This document shows, piece after piece, positions 55,931 through 64,000 of a DNA stretch of 64,000 nucleotides. A program made the position numbers and the translations under genes. The notes beneath the pieces are model-generated. The model saw only the letters and a list, made by a program, of their open reading frames with translations, made no database searches and was not told the DNA's origin. Location: NCBI GenBank assembly GCA_963803435.1, contig CAWDML010000001.1:2880001-2944000 (forward strand), given 5' to 3'. This DNA comes from an uncultured delta proteobacterium. Its GTDB lineage: Bacteria; Myxococcota; Kuafuiibacteriia; Kuafuiibacteriales; Kuafuiibacteriaceae. Every line of letters starts with the position of its first letter. Within the stretch, counting starts at the first letter, position 1.

Positions 55931-57241
55931 TCACGCGGCTGCGAAGGCCTCGCGCGTCAGGTTGCGCACGTTGGCCCGGCTGCTCTTCGGCTGCACCACC
56001 ACGTTGTCCTCGACCCGGATGCCGCCGTAGGGGCGGAGGGCGTCGATCTTCTGCCAATCGACCATGCCGGCGTGCGCGGAGGCCTTGAGCTCGTCGAGGA
56101 GCGTGTCGATGAAATAGACGCCCGGCTCGATCGTGAACAGCTGCCCGGGCTCGATCGTCCGGGTGTTCCGGAGGAACGGGTTGTTCGCCTTCGGCGCCTT
56201 CTTGCGGCAACCGACGTCGTGGACCTGGATCCCGAGCGAGTGGCCGAGCCCGTGCGGATAGAGCTTGCGCGTGACGCCGCACTCCACGCAGGCCTCGGCG
56301 CTGGCGGTGGCGATGCCCAGCTCGATCAGGACGCCGGCGAGCTCGTAGTGAGAGTCGTCGTGGAGCTGCTCGTACGGCATCCCCACCGCGATCTTCGACA
56401 CGATCCGCTGCTGGAGCGCCTCCATGCCCTGGAGCAGCTCGGCGAAGAGGCTCCGGTCGGCCGCGTACGTCCGCGTGATGTCGCTGGGGTAGCCGAGGTG
56501 GCTCGCGCCCGCGTCGATCAGGAACGACTTCGCACCGGGGACGTCACGGTAGGTGACGTGGTGGAGGATCGCGCCCGCATCACCCAGCGCGACGATGTTC
56601 TTGTACGGCGTGTCGGCATCGTCCTGGCGGGTGGCCTCGAGAAAACGCAGGTGCAGGCCGAGCTCCGATCGCTCGCCGGCGGCGAACGCCTCGGCCGCAG
56701 CACGATGCCCGCGGGCGCCGGTCCGGCTCGCCTCGGCGTGACACTCGATCTCGTAGGGCGTCTTGAACACGCGCAGGTCGTGCAGGCGGTCGATCAGGCC
56801 CGGCGGATTGGTGCGCTCGATCCCGAGCAGCTTGGCCGGCCCCGTCCCCTCGCCGATGAACGCCGTCTTGGGGGTCGGGCCGACCGCCCTCTTGAGGTCC
56901 TCTTCGTTCGAGACCTCGACGAGCTCGAGCCCCTCGCGGATCAAGGACCAGTCGGGCTCCGCCGGACGCTCCCAGAAGCTGAGATCGCGAAGAACGATCA
57001 ACCGCGGCGATCGCTGCTTCGAGAGGTGGAGCACGCAGTCGGGCCAGCGCACCGGAGCCCAGTACGAGAACATGGGCACCGGGTTCATCGCCCAGAATTG
57101 ATCGTCGTAGGACGACCGAAGGGCCAGGCTCCCGGAGTGGATGGCGACGGCGTCGAGGCCCTCAGCCTCCAACGCCTGCACGAATCCCTTGGTGAGTGTG
57201 ACCACGTGCTCAGCGTAGAGCGCTCTCAGGTCGGTGCGCAT
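55931..57241 (-). CDS. pepQ: Xaa-Pro dipeptidase (prolidase, M24B)
   Basis: PYKNIVAL; LIDAGA...SDITRT; PHGLGHSLGIQVHD; TIEPG; GIRVED. Confidence 0.9.
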   Translation of the reverse strand: MRTDLRALYAEHVVTLTKGFVQALEAEGLDAVAIHSGSLALRSSYDDQFWAMNPVPMFSYWAPVRWPDCVLHLSKQRSPRLIVLRDLSFWERPAEPDWSLIREGLELVEVSNEEDLKRAVGPTPKTAFIGEGTGPAKLLGIERTNPPGLIDRLHDLRVFKTPYEIECHAEASRTGARGHRAAAEAFAAGERSELGLHLRFLEATRQDDADTPYKNIVALGDAGAILHHVTYRDVPGAKSFLIDAGASHLGYPSDITRTYAADRSLFAELLQGMEALQQRIVSKIAVGMPYEQLHDDSHYELAGVLIELGIATASAEACVECGVTRKLYPHGLGHSLGIQVHDVGCRKKAPKANNPFLRNTRTIEPGQLFTIEPGVYFIDTLLDELKASAHAGMVDWQKIDALRPYGGIRVEDNVVVQPKSSRANVRNLTREAFAAA

Positions 57242-57282
57242 TGGGCGTACCATCCGTTTCGCGTAAGCTTCGGTCAAGGATC

Positions 57283-59946
57283 ATGCTGGGGAAGCCGCTG
57301 TTCGCACTGACTGCGCTCGCGGCCGCCGGATGTGTCCCAACTCGGCGTGCCGAGCTCGACCTCTCGGCGAACGAGGTGGCGGTCGGCGCGATCCTCGAGC
57401 GCGGCCACGGACAAGGCCTGCTGATCACCTCGACCACCTCGATCCCGTTGTCCTTCGGAGACGAGACGGAGATGGTTCTGTGGCGAGCGCGCACCTCCGA
57501 CTTCCTCCACGAAGACCGCGCGCCGATCACACCCGCGGAGCTCGCCGGTGTTCGCGTGCGCATCGGCGATCAGGCGGCCGACGGCGCGTACGGGCGCTGC
57601 CAGCGGTGCATCGGAGGCGCGACCGGCCGACCTCAGGCGGTCTTCTCCGGCGACAGCTGCGAGCCCCCTCCGTTCCTCGCCGAAGACCTGATCGTGATCC
57701 GGCGCGAGAACGGAGACGTGGTCACCGAGCAGGGCGACGCGATCGGGCCGGATGATCGGATGCGGGCAGAGGAGGTCCGTAAGGCGATCCGGATGGACTG
57801 GCCCGGCCCCTGCGCGTGCGAAGACGTCGACCTCGCGCACCGCTCGGAGGTCACGTACGACTTCGATCCCGCCGACCCCTCGCTCGACGCGTGGCCGTTC
57901 GAGCGCTGGGCGGTACACCCGGACGGAACCGTCGGCGGCTTCAGCGAGCGCCGCTTCGTGGTGATCGATCCGTCGGGCGCGCGGCGCGACTACCACGTCC
58001 CCGCGTCGCTGCGCGAAAACCTGGGCCCGGTTCTGACTGCGGTGGCGATCACGTACCGAGGCCGTCCCGCCTTCGTGATCGCCGCGTCGTCGCTCGGCCT
58101 GGTCGAGGAGCAGGACTACTACCTCCTGGTCGAGACGAGCCCCGAGATCAGCGTGACCCTCGTCGATCCGAGAGCGCCCGAGTTCAGGCCCTACCGTTTC
58201 AAGTCGATCGACAGCTCCAGCTTCTGGATGCTTGGAGGGCTGGAGGACCACACCTTCCGCGCCCAGCACGGCGCCTTCTACGAGTGCCGGATCACCGACA
58301 TCGACTTGAGCTGCACCCTCGCGGGTCAGATCGCCAGCGACTGCTCCACCGACAAGCAGCAGATCAACGACCTGGAGATGATCGACGATCGGCGGCTCGC
58401 CGGGACGCTCAAGGAGAACGGGCTGCTGGTGGGGACGCGCGACGGCCCAAACGGCACCTGGCAGCTCGGATGCGTCGACAACGTCACGTTCGTGACGCAC
58501 GGGACTCCGTACCCGATCGACTTCGCCACGCTCGGCGGCGCCGCGGCCTTTCCCAACGGCCGCGTCTTCGCCTGCGTCATCGCCGACGGAAACAGAGCGT
58601 TGCTCACGGCCGACTTCGCGGGGGCCTCCTCGCTCGAGGCCATGACGGACGACGTCACCTGGACGCTCGCGCTCGACCTCCCCGGCCGGTTCGGCGTCCC
58701 CTGCGAGGACTTCGTGCCGGGGCCGGGACCCGATCAGGCCACAATCGTCACCTCGCTTCAGGCCGTCGGCGTCTGCAACCGCGACGGGACCTGCACCAGC
58801 TCGGCCGCCTCCGACTTCACCGGCATACCCGCGCCGATGAGCCTGAGCCGCCCCGTGGAGGGGTGGACGCTGGCGACGTTCTTCGGCGCGTCGCTCCTCA
58901 GCCAGGCCACCCAGGTCTGGCGGCGCCCCGACGGCGGAGCGTTCGAGCGGATCCTCGGCCCCGAGCGCTTCGATCCCACGCCGGCCACTCCGCTGTTCCT
59001 CGGACACGACGGCGCCGCCCGCCGGATCGATGCCGGCGCCATCATTCGTTTGAAACGAACTCCAGAAGGCCGGGTGGAGACCTCGACGATCGTCCTCCCC
59101 GACTTCCACGACTACGTCTACGACGCCGCGCCCGATCATACGGACGGCTCGTTCGTTTTGATCTCTACGGCCTACGATGCCACCGCGCAGGGCTACACAC
59201 CGTTGATCTACCGGGCCTGGGAGGACCCGCCGCGAGTGGAGCTGATCGACCAGCTCCCACCGGCGCGCGGGCCCGGTTGCGAGACGACCACGCTGGGGCG
59301 GATCGTGGAGGCCGCGCCCGGCGAGCACATCGCCACCAACCCGTGCGGCGCCGTGGTTCGAATCACGCACGACAGCGTCGAGACGCTCGAGCCGATCTGG
59401 GACGACTTTGAGACGCCCGAGCTCGAGGTCCGACCCGAGACGATCGCGCTGGTGTCCCTGACGGCTTCACACGGGGTGGTCTGGATCGGCGGATCCGCGG
59501 GGCTGCTCTTGCGCGTGTTCGGGTCGGAGGCCCGCCGCTTCTCGCTCGCGCGCGAGCCGAGCGACGAAGGCTACCGGCTCGGCTGGACCAACGGCCCGGT
59601 GTCGGGCCTCCGCGCGTTCTGCCCCGATCGCCTCCTCTTCGGCTCGGGCCCCCAGTACTATCGGACCGTCCCGCCGGTGGCCCAATACCAACTCGAGGTC
59701 GCGCCGTTGCCGCCGCTGGCGGCGACCGCGGTGGCCCTCCGTTCCCTCTTCCGGCGGGAGCCGCACGCGATCCTGGGCGCAGCCGATCGGTATGTGATCC
59801 TCACCGAGGGCGCCTGGGCCCTGCAGTACGAGCGAACGCCGCTTCGCTCCCTGATCGTTCCGTTCGACACGGTGGAGGATCGCGAGGGCATCCTCTGGTT
59901 GGGAGGCACCGATCGTCGCCTGGTGCTCGCTCACCCCCGGCAGTAG
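57283..59946 (+). CDS. Large Cys-containing, beta-rich lipoprotein of unknown function
   Basis: Lipobox AAGC after the ATG at 57283; uninterrupted ORF with good codon bias. Confidence 0.65.
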   Translation: MLGKPLFALTALAAAGCVPTRRAELDLSANEVAVGAILERGHGQGLLITSTTSIPLSFGDETEMVLWRARTSDFLHEDRAPITPAELAGVRVRIGDQAADGAYGRCQRCIGGATGRPQAVFSGDSCEPPPFLAEDLIVIRRENGDVVTEQGDAIGPDDRMRAEEVRKAIRMDWPGPCACEDVDLAHRSEVTYDFDPADPSLDAWPFERWAVHPDGTVGGFSERRFVVIDPSGARRDYHVPASLRENLGPVLTAVAITYRGRPAFVIAASSLGLVEEQDYYLLVETSPEISVTLVDPRAPEFRPYRFKSIDSSSFWMLGGLEDHTFRAQHGAFYECRITDIDLSCTLAGQIASDCSTDKQQINDLEMIDDRRLAGTLKENGLLVGTRDGPNGTWQLGCVDNVTFVTHGTPYPIDFATLGGAAAFPNGRVFACVIADGNRALLTADFAGASSLEAMTDDVTWTLALDLPGRFGVPCEDFVPGPGPDQATIVTSLQAVGVCNRDGTCTSSAASDFTGIPAPMSLSRPVEGWTLATFFGASLLSQATQVWRRPDGGAFERILGPERFDPTPATPLFLGHDGAARRIDAGAIIRLKRTPEGRVETSTIVLPDFHDYVYDAAPDHTDGSFVLISTAYDATAQGYTPLIYRAWEDPPRVELIDQLPPARGPGCETTTLGRIVEAAPGEHIATNPCGAVVRITHDSVETLEPIWDDFETPELEVRPETIALVSLTASHGVVWIGGSAGLLLRVFGSEARRFSLAREPSDEGYRLGWTNGPVSGLRAFCPDRLLFGSGPQYYRTVPPVAQYQLEVAPLPPLAATAVALRSLFRREPHAILGAADRYVILTEGAWALQYERTPLRSLIVPFDTVEDREGILWLGGTDRRLVLAHPRQ

Positions 59947-59957
59947 CCTGCGGCGCG

Positions 59958-62082
59958 ATGGCAGCGACCCACTTCCGGACCTGCAACCTATGCGAAGCGA
60001 TGTGCGGCCTCTCGATCACGGTCGAGGACGACCGCGTCACCGACATCCGTGGTGACGATGACGATCCGCTGAGCCGTGGCCACATCTGTCCCAAGGCGGT
60101 CGCGCTCAAGGACATCCACGAGGATCCGGATCGGCTCAAGCGTCCCCTCAAGCGAGACGGCACGCGCTGGATCGAGATCGGATGGGACGAGGCGTTCGAG
60201 CTGGCGGGCCGCCGGCTGGGCGAGATCCGCGACCGCGACGGACGACACGCGATCGCGTTCTATCAAGGCAACCCGACCGTTCACAACCACGGCACGATCC
60301 TCTACGCCCAGTTCTTCGGGAAGACGCTGGGCACGCGCAACAAGTACTCTGCGACCTCGCTCGACCAGCTGCCTCACATGCTGGCCTCGCTGGAGATGTT
60401 CGGACACCAAGCGCTCCTGCCGGTCCCCGACGTCGACCGCACGCGCTTCTTCCTAATGTTCGGTGCCAACCCGGTCATCTCCAACGGCAGCTTGATGACG
60501 GCACCGGGGATCGAGCGGCGGATGAAGGCGATCCGCGAGCGCGGGGGAGAGATCGTGGTCGTCGATCCGCGCCGCACCGAGACCGCCGAAGCGGCCACCG
60601 AGCACGTGTTCATACGCCCGGGCACCGACGCCCTCCTCATGGCGGCGATGATCCACACCATCCTCGAGGCGCGCGGTCCCCGCCTGGGACACCTCGCGAG
60701 CTTCACCGACGGCGTCGAGCGCCTCCAGACCGCCATCGCGCGGTTCTCGCCCGAGCGCGTCGCCTCCTCCGTTCAGATCGACGCCGCAAGGATCCGGGCC
60801 CTCGCGCTCCGCTTTCACGACGCAGAGCCGGCCATCGCGTACGGCCGCGTCGGCGTCTCCACGCAGGAGTTCGGCGGTCTGTGCGGCTGGCTGATCAACG
60901 CGCTCAACGTCATCACCGGCAACCTCGATCGGGCCGGTCGGATCCATGTTCACCAAACCGGCGATCGACACGGTGGCGCTGGCGAGCACGCTCGGCCTGA
61001 AGGGCAGCTACGGTCGCCGCCACAGCCGCGTGCGAAACCTCCCAGAGTTCGGCGGCGAGCTGCCGGTGGCGGCCCTCGCCGACGAGATCCTCACGCCGGG
61101 CCAGGATCAGATCCGCGGGTTGGTGACCTCGGCCGGCAACCCGGTGCTCTCCTCACCGAACGGCCGCAAGCTCGACAAGGCCCTCGCCTCACTCGAGTTC
61201 ATGGTCGCGATCGACATCTACCTGAACGAGACCACGCGGCACGCGCACCTGATCCTCCCTCCCACCTTCGCGCTCGAGCACGACCACTACGATCTCGCGT
61301 TCCATCTCCTCAGCGTCCGCAACACGGCGAAGTACGGCCCGGCCATCTTCCCCAAGCCGCCGGACGCGCGCGACGACTGGGAGATCTTCGTCGAGCTGAT
61401 GGCGCGCCTGCGCCGTCCCAGGAACCTCCTGGATCGCGTGACGGGCCCCGTGCAGCTGGCGCTGCTGCGCCGCGGACCCCGCCGGATTCTCGATCTTGGC
61501 CTTCGATTCGGTCCCCACCGGTTGAGCCTGAAGTCGGTGGAGCAGAAGCCGCACGGGATCGATCTCGGGCCGCTCGAGCCGTGTTTGCCGAAGCGTCTCC
61601 AGAACGACCGGAAACGGATCGAGCTGGCGCCGGCCCTCTACCTCCGCGATCTGGATCGCCTCCATGCGCGCCTGACCCGAACGGCGACCGACGGTGCCCT
61701 CTCGCTGATCGGCCGCCGCGAGCTGAGGACGAACAACTCCTGGATGCACAACAGCCGGCGCATGGTGAAGGGCAAGGTCCGCTGCACCCTCAGGATGCAC
61801 CCGGAGGACGCGAAGGCTCGCGGCTGCGCAGACGGCGAGCGCGTTCGGCTCGAATCGGCGTCGGGCGCGCTCGAAGTGTTGCTCGAGGTGAGCGACGAGA
61901 TGATGCCCGGCGTGGTGTGCCTTCCGCACGGCTGGGGGCACAATCGGGAGGGCATCCGACTCCAGGTGGCGGGGGCCCACGCGGGCGAGAGCATCAACGA
62001 CGTCACGGACGACGCGCTGATCGACGAGCTGTCGGGGACGATCCGGTTCAGTGACGTGCCGGTGACCGTGCGCCCTCTGTGA
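59958..62082 (+). CDS. Molybdopterin-dependent oxidoreductase (DMSO reductase superfamily); frameshift near 60939
   Basis: CNLCEAMC...HICPK Fe-S motif; GANP; VDPRRTETA; then AGNP, NETT, NNSWMHN, MHPEDA and PHGWG in the second frame. Confidence 0.9.
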
Positions 62083-62170
62083 CCGCCCCCGCGCCACGAT
62101 GTGAGGGATCACAACCCGGTCAGTCGGCGGCGGGACAATCGGGGGGACCGTCGCTAAGCTGACCAGCGCG

Positions 62171-64000
62171 ATGGATCGACTGGGTGCGCTCCCGATCCTG
62201 ATCGTCCTCTCGGCGTGCGGCGACAACCAACCGCCCGCCCTCCACGACGCCGGCGCGAAGGACTTCGGGTTCGAGCCGTACGACGGCGCCATCCGTCTCG
62301 ACTCGGGCGTTCACCCGGATGCGGAGCTGGAGGACTCCGCCGAGGACGCCGCGGAAGATGCGGGCCTGGAAGACGCAGGCGCCGACGCGGGCGGAGAAGA
62401 GATCCAGCACGGCGCGCTGATCGTGAGCGAGCTCTCGACCAGCGGCGACGAGTGGATCGAGCTCTACAATGCGTCGGCGGCGTCTCTCGAAGTCACCGCC
62501 GCCAGCCTCTCGACGCACGCTGGCACGTTCGTGATCCGTGCGCCCTCCGACCCGACCGGTGCCGCCGGCACACCCGTCACGCTCGCGCCGGGTCGGGTGA
62601 TCCTGGGCTACCCGAATCCGGCCATCCCATCCGCGATTCCTGCGGACGCCGGGTTCGTCTTCGGCGCTCCCGGAGGTGCTCCCGATGCGCTCGCGGATCT
62701 CGGTGACACGATCGCGGTACGCGCCCACGGGATGCTGGAGGACCGGGTCGACTACGACGGCTTTCCACTGGTGGCCGGTCGCGCCACCCAGCTCGGAGCC
62801 GACGCCCTCGATGCAGCAGCGAACGACGATCCCCGCGCGTGGTGCGTCCCGATCTTCCGCGCCTCCACACCGGGAGCGCCGAACTCGAGCTGTCACGAGA
62901 TCGTGATCAGCGAGGTCACCTACGCGGGCGGGCCGCAGTTCGTCGAGCTGGCTGGACCGGGCGGGGCACGCCTCGACGGCGTCACGCTCGAGATGCGCGG
63001 CGCGATCACCTCGACGCGCGCGCTCGGAGGGACGATGCCGCTCGACGGGCTCTACCTCATCGACAACCTCACCCTCGACGGCGGCCCGATGGCGCTCGAG
63101 CTCCGGCGCGGCGGCGCGCTGCTGGACGCGTTCGCATGGGGCAACGCCGCCGGTGAAGGGACGCCGGTCGCGGACCTCACGACCGAGGTCCACGCCGCCG
63201 ACTGGGCGCGCGACGACGCCGAGACCGACACGCAGGACAACCGCGCCGATTTCCACCACGATCCTTCGCCGACGCCGGGGGCGCGGAACGGCGCCGTCGC
63301 GTTCGCGGTCACGCGGCTCGATCCCGACGACGCGATCGCCGGCTCGGACACGATCATCCGGATCGAAGGCAACGACTTCACCGACGCCATGACGGTGACG
63401 CTCGGCGGTGACCTCCTCCCCGCTTGCACGTTCCTCGGCCCCAACACGCTCGAGTGCGCGGCGCCCTACCCCGCCGGCGGCAGCGGGAACGCCGAGCGCA
63501 GCGACCTGACGGTGAGCACGCGCCCCGAGGTCGGCGCCAGCGTCACGCTCACCGGCGGCTTCACCTGGACGACGTCGAACAACGAGACGGACCTCCCGGA
63601 GGAGTGCGACTACTGCGTGCTCCAGTATCCCCCGGCCTCCACCACCACGGCCGGCATGCGGACGGAGCTGATCTACGGACGCGTCTACGAGGCCGGCCTG
63701 ACCGACGTCTCGGCCGGGCAGGCGCCCGGGATCCTCGCCGAGCTCGGCTACGGCCCCGTCGGATCCGATCCGTCAGGGTCGAACGCGTGGATCTGGGTGC
63801 CGGCGATCTTCAACACCGAGTACGGCAACGACGACGAGTACATGCAGCGGCTCACCGTCCCCGCCCCCGGCAGCTATCTGTACACGTATCGCTGGTCGCT
63901 CGACGGCGGCCTGACGTGGAGCTACAGCGACCTCGACGGCGCCGGCTACAATCCGGACCTCTCGTTCAGCGCGCAGGCCCTCGGTACGCTCACGGTGGAT
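62171..64000 (+). CDS. Lipoprotein with lamin-tail-like and IPT/TIG domains; runs off the window end
   Basis: Absent from the ORF track because it has no stop. MDRLGALPILIVLSACG lipobox; DAG-rich linker; LIVSEL...EWIELYN; IVISEV...FVEL; same frame at 64000. Confidence 0.75.
   Translation, partial: MDRLGALPILIVLSACGDNQPPALHDAGAKDFGFEPYDGAIRLDSGVHPDAELEDSAEDAAEDAGLEDAGADAGGEEIQHGALIVSELSTSGDEWIELYNASAASLEVTAASLSTHAGTFVIRAPSDPTGAAGTPVTLAPGRVILGYPNPAIPSAIPADAGFVFGAPGGAPDALADLGDTIAVRAHGMLEDRVDYDGFPLVAGRATQLGADALDAAANDDPRAWCVPIFRASTPGAPNSSCHEIVISEVTYAGGPQFVELAGPGGARLDGVTLEMRGAITSTRALGGTMPLDGLYLIDNLTLDGGPMALELRRGGALLDAFAWGNAAGEGTPVADLTTEVHAADWARDDAETDTQDNRADFHHDPSPTPGARNGAVAFAVTRLDPDDAIAGSDTIIRIEGNDFTDAMTVTLGGDLLPACTFLGPNTLECAAPYPAGGSGNAERSDLTVSTRPEVGASVTLTGGFTWTTSNNETDLPEECDYCVLQYPPASTTTAGMRTELIYGRVYEAGLTDVSAGQAPGILAELGYGPVGSDPSGSNAWIWVPAIFNTEYGNDDEYMQRLTVPAPGSYLYTYRWSLDGGLTWSYSDLDGAGYNPDLSFSAQALGTLTVD

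Overview
High-GC bacterial DNA, gene-dense. The gene content (Hanks-type Ser/Thr kinases, many lipoproteins, Cys-rich repeat proteins, hybrid kinases) suggests Myxococcota; this is an inference. About 42 genes are present. They include a TetR-controlled fatty-acid operon (acyl-CoA dehydrogenase, MaoC dehydratase, long FabG, thiolase), a GT39-phosphoesterase-thiL operon, a giant Ig-repeat lipoprotein, a GH13 enzyme near an ADP-dependent sugar kinase, GuaB1, an orphan motAB pair, several peptidases (prolyl oligopeptidase, tricorn, M48, PepQ) and a molybdopterin oxidoreductase. About ten genes carry single-base frameshifts that look like assembly errors. The most interesting region is 40.5-51.0 kb, a divergent locus that looks like a small-molecule synthesis-and-sensing system. 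It encodes a V4R-like sensor kinase, a ThDP enzyme, two degenerate citrate-synthase-fold proteins, a double-PilZ/GNAT-like protein, a heme-oxygenase-like diiron enzyme and two complementary half-degenerate hybrid kinases. Two DNA elements also stand out: an IS1182-derived non-autonomous element with ~70-bp inverted repeats and a four-helix-bundle passenger gene (1834-2764), and an intergenic element bounded by 29-bp inverted repeats (26749-26905). No rRNA, tRNA or CRISPR array was seen. All family assignments come from motif recognition by eye, not database searches.
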